This document shows positions 1-11,600 of a DNA stretch of 46,301 nt, one piece after another. Below the pieces are notes generated by a model, which did no database searches, had not been told where the DNA came from, and worked only from the letters and a program-made list of their open reading frames with translations. Within the stretch, counting starts at the first letter, position 1, and the number at the start of each line of letters is the position of its first letter. The stretch is from an uncultured bacterium. Lineage in GTDB: Bacteria; Hydrogenedentota; Hydrogenedentia; Hydrogenedentales; JAEUWI01. The translations under genes and the position numbers were made by a program. The stretch is taken from positions 1 through 46,301 of the forward strand of contig CAXBPH010000013.1 of assembly GCA_963977445.1 (NCBI GenBank). Direction: 5' to 3'.

Positions 1-2
1 GC

Positions 3-446
3 CCTGAAAATGGTTGCCTCCGCGTCGTTCCCGGTTCACATGTCAACGACAACGAGCTCTTTCCCATGCTGGATGAAGCCCACACGCCCGAGCTCCTCCG
101 CGCGGCCGACCCCAATCGCCCGGCCTTCAGTGACCGGCCCGACGAAGTGGATGTACCGATTACCGCAGGCGATTTGCTCATTGGCGACTCCCGGCTGCTC
201 CACGCGGCCCACGCCAACGAGAGTGATGCGCGGCGGACGGTCATCACCCTGTGGTTTCATCCAGACATGCATGCCCTGGGCGAACGACTTCAGGCCTTCA
301 TCGGGGACATGGTCTCCGAGCCACCTGCAAGCTGGCCGGAAGAAGCCCGAAAAAAGACCGAGCCCATGCTCGCCCGCTACCACGGAAGCGCAGAAGCCTG
401 GCCCTGGAATAGACACCGCCCCCACCCCACCCCATCGGTAAAATAA
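3..446 (+). CDS. Phytanoyl-CoA dioxygenase (PhyH) family Fe(II)/2OG dioxygenase, 5'-truncated by the window edge
   Basis: Frame is open from base 3 and reads PENGCLRVVPGSH...AGDLLIGDSRLLHAAHANESDARR, matching the typical PhyH NG.L.VVPGSH and H..N.S...R motifs. Confidence 0.85.
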   Translation, partial: PENGCLRVVPGSHVNDNELFPMLDEAHTPELLRAADPNRPAFSDRPDEVDVPITAGDLLIGDSRLLHAAHANESDARRTVITLWFHPDMHALGERLQAFIGDMVSEPPASWPEEARKKTEPMLARYHGSAEAWPWNRHRPHPTPSVK

Positions 447-653
447 GGAAACTTAATTTTCCCCGGGACCCGGAGGTTAATCGACTACGGGTTAGAGCCA
501 TTTTCTACCGGTCCGCCCTATCCCTATCGAAGGCAAACCCAGAAACGAAACGGGGGGAAGATTGGAAAATCATCGCAAAAGGGTGTACGGTGACGTAGCG
601 TGTTCCTGAATTTCCCGACACGCTGAAAACACGCCCAACAGTGAAAGTCCCCT

Positions 654-1565
654 ATGAACCCTATCCATGATCTGTGCGGCATCATCACGGTGCTGAATAC
701 CCCTTTCAACGGGGACAATAGCCTCGATTTACCCGGCCTCGCCACCAACGTGGAGCAGGCCATCACGGCCGGTGTCGCGGGCTTTCTGGTCCCCGCTATG
801 GCCAGTGAAGTCGGCACCCTCTCGGAAGCCGAACGTTTCGCCATCGTAAAAACGACCGTTGATACCGCAGCGGGTCGGGTGCCCATTATTGGCGGGGCCT
901 CTGCCATGGACCAGGCCACCCGTATGGAAGCGGCCAACACCCTCCTCGATTTAGGCTGCGACGGAATCCTGGTCAGCATCCCCTGGGAAAACGATGCCGC
1001 CTACACCAGCCATGTCGAAGCACTGGCCGCCCTGGAGCCCGGATTCATCATGCTCCAGGATTGGGATGCCACGGGCTATGGCCTGTCCATCCCCCTGATT
1101 GTGCGCCTCTTTGAGACGATCCCTGCCTTCAAGTGCCTGAAGGTCGAAGTCGTCCCGGCCGGGCCAAAATACACCGAAGTCCTCCAGGCCACGGGCGGCA
1201 AACTCCATGTGTCCGGCGGATGGGCCGTGTCTCAGATGATCGAAGGGCTGGATCGGGGCGTCCACGCTTTCATGCCCACGGGAATGCACCTCCTCTACAC
1301 GACCATCTACCGCCTGTATACCGAGGGCAATCGGGAAGCGGCAAAAACACTTTTCGAACGACTCCTCCCCATCCTCGCCTTTTCGAATCAGCATCTCGAT
1401 ATTTCTATCCACTTTTTCAAGCGGCTTCTCCATGCCCAGGGCATCTACGCCACGGATAGAGTGCGAAGCCCCAAGATCCCCTTCGACCCCATCCACCAGA
1501 AGTCGGCCGATAGTTTGATCGAACGCATCGTGGCGTTGGAAGCCGAGTTTGGCGGCACCCCGTAG
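654..1565 (+). CDS. Dihydrodipicolinate synthase family (class I aldolase/lyase) protein
   Basis: GIITVLNTPF...AMASEVGTLSEAER...AGRVPIIGG motifs and a Schiff-base Lys in CLKVE; 303 aa. Confidence 0.88.
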   Translation: MNPIHDLCGIITVLNTPFNGDNSLDLPGLATNVEQAITAGVAGFLVPAMASEVGTLSEAERFAIVKTTVDTAAGRVPIIGGASAMDQATRMEAANTLLDLGCDGILVSIPWENDAAYTSHVEALAALEPGFIMLQDWDATGYGLSIPLIVRLFETIPAFKCLKVEVVPAGPKYTEVLQATGGKLHVSGGWAVSQMIEGLDRGVHAFMPTGMHLLYTTIYRLYTEGNREAAKTLFERLLPILAFSNQHLDISIHFFKRLLHAQGIYATDRVRSPKIPFDPIHQKSADSLIERIVALEAEFGGTP

Positions 1566-1664
1566 ACCCTGGAACCCAATGAGGCGCTGCGGAAACCCTT
1601 GAATCCTCCGTTGCCCTCTGGCATCGTGACGGGGCATTACCTGTGTTCAACTTGGGAAATACCG

Positions 1665-3029
1665 ATGAAACTCGTACACGCCATTCTTTTCAGTGTCAGT
1701 CTACTGGTGGCCGGACACGCCTGCGCCACCCAGTTTTCCATCGCCACCTTTCAGGTTGATGCGACACCCCCTATTGGTTCGCCCTTGTGTATTGGCAACG
1801 TGACGCCAGTCGTCGACATTACCGACCCCCTCACCGCGCGGGGTATTGTCATTCTCCCCAAGGACCAGCTCCCCATCGTGATGTGCGCCGTGGACTGGGT
1901 AGGTATTGCGAATGGCGGCAACACAGCATGGCGGGAAGCCCTGGCAAAAGCCGCAAATACGACGGCCAGTCGGGTTGCGGTCCATGCCTTGCACCAGCAC
2001 GACGCCCCCTACTGCGGATTCACCATTGAAGACATTCTCGCGCCTTTTGGTCTCAACGGGCAAGCATCGGACCCCGCGTTTTCCCGGGTCGTCATCGAGC
2101 GCGCAGCGACCGCCTTAGCAGCCGCAGCGGCCAATCCCATTCCCGTGACCCATATGGCCATGGGCGAAGCCATCGTTGAGCGCATCGCCTCGAACCGCCG
2201 CATCCTCGGCAAAAACGGCACGGTGGAAGGGGTCCGCTATACTGCGACAAAGAATCCCAAACTTCGGGCGGCACCCGTGGGCACCATCGATCCCTTTTTG
2301 AAAACCGTGAGTTTCTGGGCCAATGAGACCCCGGTGGCAGTCCTCACCTGGTATGCCACCCACCCCCAAAGTCACTATGGCAAGGGCCACGTCACCGCCG
2401 ACTTTGTGGGCATGGCCCGAAGCACGCGGGAAGCGGCCCTGCCCGGCGTATCCCACATCCATTTCAATGGTGCCGGGGGCAATCTCGGCGCGGGTAAATG
2501 GAACGACGGCAGCCCGGAAAACCGCCCCGTCCTGGCGGCCCGACTCGCCGAAGGCATGGAAAAAGCCTGGGAAGGCAGCCGGAAGATGGCCCTGGCCGAA
2601 CTCACGTTGGACTGGGCGGTGGAGCCTGTCATCCTGCCCATCCGGGAGGATGTGGATGATACGGTCGTCGCGAAAACCCTGGCCGATGTGCAGGAGAAGG
2701 ATACCTTTCGGGTCCGTATGGCACGGGAAATCGCCTTTCGTCAGCGAATGGGTGATGGGGTTCCCATTGAGATTACCCGACTCCGACTGGGTCCCTTGCA
2801 GTTGCTCCAGATGCCTGGGGAGCTATTTGTGGAGTACCAAATCGCCGCCCAGGATATGGCGCAGGACACCATGGTGTGTGTAGCGGCCTATGGCGACTAC
2901 GGGACGGGCTATATCGGCACGGAGCGAGCCTACGCCGAAGGGGGGTATGAAACCAAGATGTATACCTCACGCACGGCACCGGCAGTAGAGGGCGTTTTGA
3001 TGGACGCAATGCAGAAACTGTTGCAGTAG
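1665..3029 (+). CDS. Secreted neutral/alkaline ceramidase-like hydrolase (hypothetical)
   Basis: Signal peptide MKLVHAILFSVSLLVAGHACA; motifs VDATPP, HALHQHDAP, YATHP, GAGGN and PGELFVEY are typical of ceramidase N-terminal-like proteins. Confidence 0.65.
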   Translation: MKLVHAILFSVSLLVAGHACATQFSIATFQVDATPPIGSPLCIGNVTPVVDITDPLTARGIVILPKDQLPIVMCAVDWVGIANGGNTAWREALAKAANTTASRVAVHALHQHDAPYCGFTIEDILAPFGLNGQASDPAFSRVVIERAATALAAAAANPIPVTHMAMGEAIVERIASNRRILGKNGTVEGVRYTATKNPKLRAAPVGTIDPFLKTVSFWANETPVAVLTWYATHPQSHYGKGHVTADFVGMARSTREAALPGVSHIHFNGAGGNLGAGKWNDGSPENRPVLAARLAEGMEKAWEGSRKMALAELTLDWAVEPVILPIREDVDDTVVAKTLADVQEKDTFRVRMAREIAFRQRMGDGVPIEITRLRLGPLQLLQMPGELFVEYQIAAQDMAQDTMVCVAAYGDYGTGYIGTERAYAEGGYETKMYTSRTAPAVEGVLMDAMQKLLQ

Positions 3030-3148
3030 CCGCCTTCGCTCCAGGTTGTTCAAATCTGTATCCACACGCCATGAGACTACTTCGCATACCCTCTATCCTG
3101 TTATCATGACCCACGCCCCGCAGGGTGGCGTTTAGACGGGAGAGTTCC

Positions 3149-4669
3149 ATGTATGAAATTGCAGGTGCCGCAGCAGCAGGCGTCGTAATCGGCGCTGTAA
3201 TTGCCGGCCTGTGGGTACGCACCCGGGCGATCTCCACGGCAGCGGAACAGGGTGCCAAATTGCGCCACATACAGGGGGTTACGGAAGAGCGTTATCGCCA
3301 GTTTGAGCAGCACGCCTCCCAACAACAAAAAGATCTCGTCCTGACCCGCCAACACCTGGAACAATACCGCGTCGGATTGCAGAACGCACGAACCCACCTT
3401 GCCGCAAGTGCAGAACGCAATAGCCGCCTTCCCGAACTGGAAGCCCAGACGGCCAATGCACAAGCACGATGCGACATGCTGCAGGAAGACAACACGGCCC
3501 TCAAAATGCGGATAGCCGAGTTGGAGACCCTGCTCATTGATGAACGGCGAAACAGCCACGACAAGCTTGCCGTCCTGGATGCGGCGCAAGTCAGTTTTCG
3601 CGATATGTTTGCTGCCCTCTCTTCCGAAGCCCTTCAGCACAACAACCAGTCGTTTCTCGAGCTGGCCCGGGAAAACCTCTCCCAGTTTCAGGAGAAGGCC
3701 CAGGGCGATTTCTCGGCACGTCAGCAAGCCATTGATGCCCTGGTCTCGCCACTGAAAGAGTCCTTGGAGCAGGTAAATGCCCGCATCAATGGGGTCGAAA
3801 AAGAGCGAATCTCGGCCTACAGCCAGCTCACCGAGCAGGTGAAGGTGCTGGCCGAGGGCCATGCCAATCTTCAGGCAGAAACCGGCAATCTCGTCAAAGC
3901 GTTGCGCTCACCGGCCACCCGGGGACGGTGGGGCGAGCTCCAACTCCGGCGTGTGGTGGAACTGGCAGGGATGACCGCCTATTGTGATTTTTCCGAGCAG
4001 GTGAATGTTGACGGAGAAGACGGGGCACTCCGCCCGGATCTTGTCGTGAATCTCCCCAACAACAAGCGTATCGTGGTCGATGCCAAAGTATCCCTCCAGG
4101 CCTATCTGGATGCCCTCGAATCGGAGGCCGACCTGGTCCAGGGGCGCCATCTCAAGGAACACGCCCGTCAGGTGGGCAACCATGTGCAACAGTTGGGTGC
4201 CAAAGCCTATTGGCGCCAGTTTGAGCAAACCCCGGAATTTGTGGTGTTGTTTCTGCCCGGCGAGCATTTCTTCAGCGCCGCCCTGAGCGTAGCGCCCGAT
4301 CTTATCGAGCGCGGGGTGAAGCAGAAGGTAATTATCGCCACCCCCACGACCCTTATTGCCTTGCTCCAGGCCGTCGCCTTTGGTTGGCGTCAGGAGCAGC
4401 TCGCCGAAAACGCCCAGGTCATCAGCCAGTTGGGACGTCAACTCTATGACCGAATCCGCACCCTCACGGAGCACTTTGACGACATGCGCAAGGGCCTTGA
4501 CCGGGCCAATGGAGCCTACAATAAGGCCGTCGGCGCGCTGGAAAGTCGCGTGCTGGTGAGTGCACGAAAGTTCAAATCCCTCGGTGCCGCCAAAGGGGAT
4601 GACCTCCCCGAGTTGGATGGCGTCGAACAGGCACCCCGTTCCCTGCAAGCCCCGGACGATGAAGGGTAG
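3149..4669 (+). CDS. rmuC: DNA recombination protein RmuC
   Basis: N-terminal TM helix, coiled coil, [22 protein letters not shown] and [12 protein letters not shown]muC motifs. Confidence 0.93.
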   Translation: MYEIAGAAAAGVVIGAVIAGLWVRTRAISTAAEQGAKLRHIQGVTEERYRQFEQHASQQQKDLVLTRQHLEQYRVGLQNARTHLAASAERNSRLPELEAQTANAQARCDMLQEDNTALKMRIAELETLLIDERRNSHDKLAVLDAAQVSFRDMFAALSSEALQHNNQSFLELARENLSQFQEKAQGDFSARQQAIDALVSPLKESLEQVNARINGVEKERISAYSQLTEQVKVLAEGHANLQAETGNLVKALRSPATRGRWGELQLRRVVELAGMTAYCDFSEQVNVDGEDGALRPDLVVNLPNNKRIVVDAKVSLQAYLDALESEADLVQGRHLKEHARQVGNHVQQLGAKAYWRQFEQTPEFVVLFLPGEHFFSAALSVAPDLIERGVKQKVIIATPTTLIALLQAVAFGWRQEQLAENAQVISQLGRQLYDRIRTLTEHFDDMRKGLDRANGAYNKAVGALESRVLVSARKFKSLGAAKGDDLPELDGVEQAPRSLQAPDDEG

Positions 4670-4681
4670 ACAGACGTCTTT

Positions 4682-4753
4682 GGGTACAGTTACCGATTGC
4701 TTAACGACGCGATTTCATTACCCCCCAACACCGTGCAATCGAAAACTGTCCCC
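4682..4753. repeat. Imperfect inverted repeat (REP-like, GGG(T/G)ACAG-headed)
   Basis: GGGTACAGTTACCGATTGC at 4682-4700 pairs imperfectly with GCAATCGAAAACTGTCCCC at 4735-4753, just downstream of rmuC. Confidence 0.55.
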
Positions 4754-4782
4754 GTGGTGTCCAACGTCTTCTGCCAATCACC

Positions 4783-4819
4783 CACGGGCAAGTCTGGCAG
4801 ACTTGTCCGTGCCACCCAG
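4783..4819 (-). repeat. REP-like palindrome, GGGTG(G/C)CAC family, copy 1
   Basis: CACGGGCAAGTCTG-G-CAGACTTGTCCGTG followed by CCACCCAG; its reverse complement closely matches 15334-15371. Confidence 0.7.
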
Positions 4820-5015
4820 GCAACTACTTTGTTTACTCCGGGTACTACTAAGAATTTTGTCTTCCACTCCCAAGATAACGTCCTCATCACCCCGGCCCGG
4901 TCAACGGCATTGACCCACTCTCTCACAATACGTAGTATAGCCCCTTCGCCGCGCGCACGGACTGAGCTGGTCCTGGGTGTGCGCTTTGGGAGAGAGCAGG
5001 AGAGAGCGGAGTACT

Positions 5016-6424
5016 ATGGACAACAAAAATGATCTGAGATCTATCGTCGGGAAAGCCCCTACTGGATGGATGCTGCTGATGGCCCTCGGGCCCGGCCTCA
5101 TGTGGTGTGGCGAATACATTGGCTCGGGTGAAGTAATTCTTTCCACCCGTTCCGGGGCGATCTTCGGGGTGAATATACTCTGGGTGCCCGTCATGGCCAT
5201 CGTCGCCAAATTCTGGATTGGCCTCGCCGGGGCCCACTACACCGTCAGCACGGGCGAAGGCATGATTGACATGCTGGGCCGCATGCCCGGGCCGAAAAAC
5301 TGGGTCATCTGGCCCGTCTTTTTCTGCCAGGTCTGTTCCGCATCGATTTCCACCGCCGCCGTGGCCAGTGCGGCCGGGGCCTTGGGGCCTACTTTATACC
5401 CGTCTCTCCGGTTATACTGGGCTGGATTGCCGTATTGCTGGTGATCTCCGTCGTCTGGCGTGGTGTCTTCGGCTCCCTCAAGCAAGCCATGTCGCTCCTG
5501 GTACTCTTTATCATTATCGGCACGGCAGCCGTTGCCATCGTGACCTGGCCCGGATTCGGGGCGGTCTTCCATGGCCTCGTCGGCTTTGAACTCCCCCAGA
5601 CCCCGGCCTGGGCACTGGTCGACGGTGAATCCTCCTCTCCCTGGAAGGAAATACTCCCCCTCCTAGGTTGGGCAGCCGGCGGTTTTGCCAGCCAGGTCTG
5701 GTATACCTACTGGGTCTTGGGCGCGGGCTATGGCATGGCAAAAGACCGTGGCTATGGCGTGCCCCTTGACGCCGAAAAACTCAAGAGTCTCACCGATGAA
5801 GACGTGAAACACCTCCAGGGATGGCGCAAACTCGTCACCGTTGATGCCACAACCGCCGTCGTACTCGGTGTCGTCGTCACCCTGGCCTTCATGATTGCCG
5901 GGGCCGGTGTCCTGGGACCAAAACAGTTGGCGCCGGATGGACCGGATGTGGCCCTCGAACTTTCCCATATTTTTGGTTCCCAATGGGGCAGTATCGGTGC
6001 TGGTCTCTTCGTACTCGCTGGTCTCGCGGCCATGTTGAGCACCATGATGGGCCAGTTTGCCGGTTGGCCCCGCCTCCTGGCCGATTGCGCGCGACTTCTC
6101 TTTCCTGCCACGAAAAAGTGGTCGTGGAAAGTCCAGTTTCGGGTCATTCTCCTTGCCATCGCCTCGTCCAACATGTTTATTATTTATAGCCTGGGCAAAG
6201 AACCCGTGAAACTCGTCCAGTTCGGTGCCAAACTGGATGGCCTCCTCCTGACGCCCCTGCAGGCGATTGTGGTAGGCTGGGTACTCTATAAAGTGATGCC
6301 TACCTTCTTCGCCCCAGAGCACCGTAAGGCCCTCGCGCCCAGCCCCATTCTGGCTCTTGGATTGGCCTCGGCCTTCGTTATTTTTGGCTTCATCTGTATC
6401 TATAAAATGGGTGAAATGTTTTAG
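5016..6424 (+). pseudogene. Nramp/APC-superfamily transporter, frameshifted at ~5385 (pseudogene or sequencing error)
   Basis: ORF 5016-5444 has LGPGLMWCGEYIGSGEVI (Nramp-like TM1). Adding one G to the GGGG run at 5384-5387 gives AGALGAYFIPVSPVILGWIAVLLVIS and joins it to ORF 5435-6424. Confidence 0.8.
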
Positions 6425-6455
6425 AACACACTATTTATTCAATCAAAGGCACTCC

Positions 6456-7500
6456 ATGAACGCCCTCGTACTCGAAGATTATAAGAAGTTCAGTTACACC
6501 ACCGTACCCGACCCCACGCCGGGGCCGGACGACGTACTCATCGCCGTCAAGGCCTGTGGTATCTGTGGCAGCGACGTCCATGGTATGGATGGCAGCACGG
6601 GACGACGACGCCCCCCCATTGTCATGGGCCACGAGGCCGCCGGAGAAATCGTGGGGCTGGGTAGCCAAGTCACCGATTGGGCCCTTGGCGACCGGGTCAC
6701 CTTTGACTCCTCCGTTTTTTGGCACCTGCCATTTCTGCCGACGGGGCCAGGCGAATCTGTGTGATGACCGCCGGGTTCTCGGCGTCTCCTGCGAGGAATA
6801 TCGCCAGCATGGGGCCTTTGCCGATCTGGTCGTTGTTCCCCAACGGGTGCTCTACCGTCTCCCCGACGCACTCAGTTATGAACACGCTGCCCTCGTCGAA
6901 CCCGTCTCTATCGCCTTTCACGCGGTTAACCGTACGCCCATGGGCCTCAACGACTCCGTTATCGTTTTCGGTGCGGGCATGATAGGCCTGTTGACGATTC
7001 AGGCCCTCCGACTTGCCGGTTATGGCAAGATTATCGCCATTGATGTGGATCGCGGAAAACTGGATCTGGCCGAAAAACTGGGCGCGAATTACAGCTTCCT
7101 GGCCAATGATGAAAAGCTCCATGAACACATTTTCGAACTAACCTACGGGCGGGGTGCCGATCGTGCCTTTGAAGCCGTAGGGATTGAAGCCACCGTGAAC
7201 ACCGCCTTTGATCTGGTTCGCAAAGGGGGCGCCATTACCCTCATTGGCAACCTGGCGCCCCAGATTAATTTCCCCCTCCAACGGGCTGTCACCCGGGAAA
7301 TCACGCTCTATGGCGTCTGCGCATCCTGCGGCGAATACCCCGCTTGCCTCGACATGATTGCCAACGGCTCGGTCGATGTTGCCCCCCTCATCAGTGCCGT
7401 CGCACCGCTCTCCGAAGGGGCCGCCTGGTTTGAACGGCTCTACAACAAGGAACCCGGATTGATGAAGGTCGTCTTGACGCCCGACACCATCCACGGTTAA
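6456..7500 (+). pseudogene. Zn-dependent polyol/sugar-acid dehydrogenase (galactitol-1-P/L-idonate DH-like), frameshifted at ~6720
   Basis: GICGSDVH and MGHE lie in the first frame; GTCHFCRRG, EPVS and GAGMIG lie in the second. Inserting GT after the T6 run at 6715-6720 restores the SVFCGTCHFC structural-Zn motif. Confidence 0.85.
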
Positions 7501-7534
7501 GCAAAACCCGCGACTCCCCAGCAAGGAAAACACC

Positions 7535-8320
7535 ATGTCTGAAAATCCCTTTGACCTCACCGGAAAAATTGCCTTCATCACCGGCACCAGCCGGGGCCTC
7601 GGCCAATACATGGGACGGGCCCTGGCACGGGCCGGGGCGGATTTGGTTATCACCAGTCGCAACGTCGAAAGCCTTGCACCCTTCCAACAGGAAATCGAAG
7701 CCCTGGGTCGGAAAGCCTTTCCCGTGGCCCTGGATGTACGTGATCACGACAGCATCCAACAGGCAGTACAGGCCGGTCACGATCACTTTGGCCAGATCGA
7801 TATCCTCGTTAACAACGCGGGCTGTAATGTGCGCAAGCCCGCGCTGGACATTACGTGGGACGACTATAATCTGGTCCTGGAGACCAACCTGCGGGGTACC
7901 TTCTTTGTCGCCCAGGCCGTCGCCCGACACATGGTGGCCCGGAACTACGGACGAATCATCAACATCGGCTCCGTCACCACCGTGGCCGGTTACGCGGGCC
8001 TGGGGCCCTATTGCGCAAGTCGGGGCGGAACGAAACAGCTCACCATGAGCCTGGCCGACGACTGGGGCCAACGTGGCATCACGGTCAACTGCCTGGCACC
8101 CGGATGGTTTAAGACGGCACAGAATCAGGTCCTCTATGAAAACGAGGCCTGGGTGGAATACATTTGCGACCGTATCCCCCTCAAGCGCCCTGGCCAGCCC
8201 AACGATCTCGATGGCACGGTCGTATTCCTGGCATCCGATGCGAGCGCCTATATTACGGGGCAAACCATCCTGGTGGATGGCGGCATTTCGACAGGTGCCA
8301 CCAAAGCGACGGTGGACTGA
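7535..8320 (+). CDS. SDR family oxidoreductase (gluconate 5-dehydrogenase/KduD-like)
   Basis: FDLTGKIAFITGTSRGLG, NNAG, YCASR (YxxxK variant), NCLAPGWF and ITGQTILVDGG motifs. Confidence 0.9.
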   Translation: MSENPFDLTGKIAFITGTSRGLGQYMGRALARAGADLVITSRNVESLAPFQQEIEALGRKAFPVALDVRDHDSIQQAVQAGHDHFGQIDILVNNAGCNVRKPALDITWDDYNLVLETNLRGTFFVAQAVARHMVARNYGRIINIGSVTTVAGYAGLGPYCASRGGTKQLTMSLADDWGQRGITVNCLAPGWFKTAQNQVLYENEAWVEYICDRIPLKRPGQPNDLDGTVVFLASDASAYITGQTILVDGGISTGATKATVD

Positions 8321-8382
8321 GGCAAGCCGGACGCACCACTTGCCATCACTCTGTAAGGACTTGAAGCAGCTACCCTCTTCTT

Positions 8383-8463
8383 GTGGACTTGGTGGACACT
8401 CTGGACGAGGTGGACTTTGGGCGATTTGTCCACCCAGTCCACAGCGTCCACACTGTCCACAAC
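8383..8463. repeat. Inverted pair of 9-bp tandem repeat arrays (GTGGACnnn x4 / GTCCACnnn x4)
   Basis: Units at 8383 GTGGACTTG, 8392 GTGGACACT, 8401 CTGGACGAG, 8410 GTGGACTTT; then GTCCAC at 8428, 8437, 8446 and 8455. Confidence 0.85.
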
Positions 8464-8548
8464 ATGAACAGGCGTCGTCGGATCGCGTGGCACAACCGGA
8501 GTGCATACGTTATTTCATGGTCGTTGTTGCCAACCATCGACAAAACGT

Positions 8549-8581
8549 AAAAAGCCCCGCGTCACCATCGTGACGCGGGGC
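8549..8581 (-). terminator. Intrinsic terminator of the heme-protein gene
   Basis: GCCCCGCGTCAC-CATC-GTGACGCGGGGC 12-bp stem, with A5 on the left (a U-tract on the minus strand). Confidence 0.8.
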
Positions 8582-8604
8582 CCAAATCAATCTACTACTA
8601 TCGA

Positions 8605-11600
8605 CTACTTGAACATAGGCGCATCGGGATTACCGCGCGACATAAGATAGGCCAAGAGGTCGAGGAACTCGTTCTCATTCATGAAGTCGGCCAGACCTTC
8701 GGGCATCTGGGAGATACGGGAAGCTTCGATGCTTTTCACATCCGCCGTCTTTACGATGATGGGCTCGGCTTTGGGGTCGGAGGTATGGATTTCCATACGG
8801 CCTTCTTCCTCGCTGCCCGAATTATTGACGACAATGCCCTCATACTCCGTGCCATCTTCGAGGGTCACGAGGGACGAGCTGTATTGGTCAGAAATGACAT
8901 TGTTGGGCTCAATAATTGCCTCCAGCAAATCGGCCATGGAGAACTTGTTGCTGACGCTCGACAGGTCAGGACCCACCGCGCCACCGGCACCATCAAAACG
9001 GTGACAGACAACGCAGCCCGTGGCATAGAAGCTGTTGCGACCGTTTTCGAAGTTGCGACCCGTCAGGCCCGCTTTCTTCACGGCAGCCATAGCACTTTCG
9101 CGGGTCCAGGACTTGGAGGCCCCTTCCAGATCGCGCACTGCGAAATCTGGAATCGCTTCCAGGCTCTGTCCCGTGATGGGTGCCAGGGCCAGCTTTTCGG
9201 CGTCGGAACAATTGGCCAGCGCTTCATCACGAATGTTCGTCAGGAAGCCACTGTAGCTCGCGCCACCGGGAAATTTGGCGGCATCATTGATGAAGGTGAA
9301 ATAGGCTTCACGCTGAGGCATGGACCAACCATAGCGGACATTGCGCAGCATGAGGGCGTAGTTGATCTTCTGTGACGGCGGATGGTTATCGAGCACCTGC
9401 TGGATGGTGCCACCATAACCGGGGTTACGACGCAGGAGTTCGGCCCAATCCGGAATCTTCGTGGGCTTGGCATCGGCGAGGAGGGCGAGTCCCTTCTCGA
9501 TAATGCTCGGCGCATCCAGATAAACCAGGACGCGGACCAATTCGGCATTCAGGTTGTCGCTGTCCGACGGCAGGAGCGGATCGATCTGCGCAATGGCCGT
9601 ATCAATGACCGCCTGCTCTGGACGGCCCATGCGGGTGTAGCACAGGGCATAGGCACGCAGGAGTGCGAGGGTTATGTTTTCGTCCATTTTGGCGAGGTCA
9701 AATTGTGCCAGGGAAGCGAGCAATTCGCCCTGTATGGCGGCGTCACCCTGACGGGCCAAGGCGATCAGGGCCACGGCAGCAGCTTGGGGATCTTTTTCCG
9801 CAAGTGCGCGGGCCTGCCAGGTGGCAACGGGCTGGGCTTCAATGGCGATGCGGGCCGCAAAGCGAATATAGCGATCGGCATTGCTCAGATGAGGCCAGGC
9901 CGTTTCAACGGCAACGCTATCTTCGTGGCCATGAAAGGCTTCGAGGCTGTGGCGCAGCGCCCGTGCGGCCAGGGTCGCCTGTGATTCCTTACGGGGCGTC
10001 GGTGCCGTCGTTTCGTCGCCCGTGTAGTAAACGCGATAGAGGGCGGATTGCGTGCCACGACCACCAACGGTGATATACAGCGCACCATCGTCACCCACGA
10101 TAGCATCGGTCAGGGGAAAGGGGGAGCCAGAAACGAACTCTTCCTTTTCACCCACATAGCTCGACCCTTCGGGGGTCATGTGAATGGCATACATGGTGCC
10201 AAAGGTCCAGTCGAGAATATAAAAGGCGTGCTGATACTTCGCGGGAAACTTCGCACCCGTACCGAAAGTGACGCCGGTGGGGGAACCAGGTCCGATATCG
10301 ACAACAGCGGGCAGGCTGTCTTCATAATAGGCCGGCCATTTGCCCGTGCCACTGCGCCAGCCAAATTCGCTGCCGCTGGTGATGTGATTCACACGGGTAG
10401 GGCGGTACCAGGGACTGCCGATGTCCCATTCCATATCGGCGTCGAAGGTGAAGAGCTCCCCTTCGGCATTCAATGCGATATCGAATTCGTTCCGGAAACC
10501 GTTACCAACGAGTTCCCAGCTGGTGCCATCGGGTGATACCTTGCACACCCAACCACCGGGGGCCATACGTCCCTTGGCGTGACCACGGGCATCCCACTGA
10601 CGGGGGAGGAGGTGATCTTCGCCATAGTTCAGGGGGGCGCGGCTACCAGAAACTTCTACCAGATTGGTGTGGTTACCGGCATTGACATAAAGGCTCTTTC
10701 CGTCTTCGGAAAGAATAATGCCGTGGGGACCGTGTTCACCGCCGCCGTCGATTTTGCGCAACAACTCTACGGCATCGAGATCGCCGTTGCCGTCGCTATC
10801 GGTGACGCGATAGAGGCCACTATTGCCCCCGTCGTTCACGTCCACATAGAGGCTATCGAAGGCCCAGAGCAACCCCTGCGCCGAAGTAATCTTCGCGGGT
10901 ATGGGGGTCACGACGGTCTCGGAAGTCGGGTCGCCCAGGGTCGCCGCTTTCACATGAAAGAGACCGGCATCACCCTGATCGGAAACAAAAAAGCCACCAT
11001 CGGGAGCCTTGGCCAGATTGACCCAGGAGCCCTGCTTACCCTTGGGAACGGTATACAACAGTTCGGCCGTGAAGCCGGGCAGGAGATTGAGGTCCTTGAC
11101 CACTTCGGCCACGGGTGTTGGGTCGAGATTGGCGCTTTCGGCTTGAGCCAGCACGTCCAAGGTCATGACGCGGGTCCAGACGAGCGCCGGATCGCCCACG
11201 ACACCCAGGGCTTTGGCGTTGCCCCAGGCAGAAGCATCATAGCCGGGCATGGCCCAACCTTCCTGCTCCGTCGCAGAGGCCTTCCAGGTACCATCGGTTA
11301 CTACGGCGGATTCTTTTCCGTTGGCGTAGGTAAGGGTCAGCCGACAAAAGGCGGCTGTGCTGCCTTCCTGGTTGGAGGCCTGAATGGCGATAACGTTGTC
11401 GCCCGCCTTCAGCTTGGCCTTGACCGGGCTAACTTCGACGCTTTCCCAGTTACCGTTTTGCATGACCCGGTCACCGTTGATAAAAATTTTGAGTTCGTTG
11501 TCACAGGCACCGGCAACGATGGCCTCTTCCAAACCCTCTTCCACCGAAAAGGACTTTACGAACCAGGCACTTTGCCCATCTTTTTCTTCATCAAGCCAAA

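Noticed and set aside
4697..5032. Small ORFs in intergenic gaps (4697-5032, 14517-14774, 15338-15610, 31684-31959, 45720-46007)
   Set aside because: No RBS or protein-like composition, and several simply run across hairpin repeats or promoter DNA.
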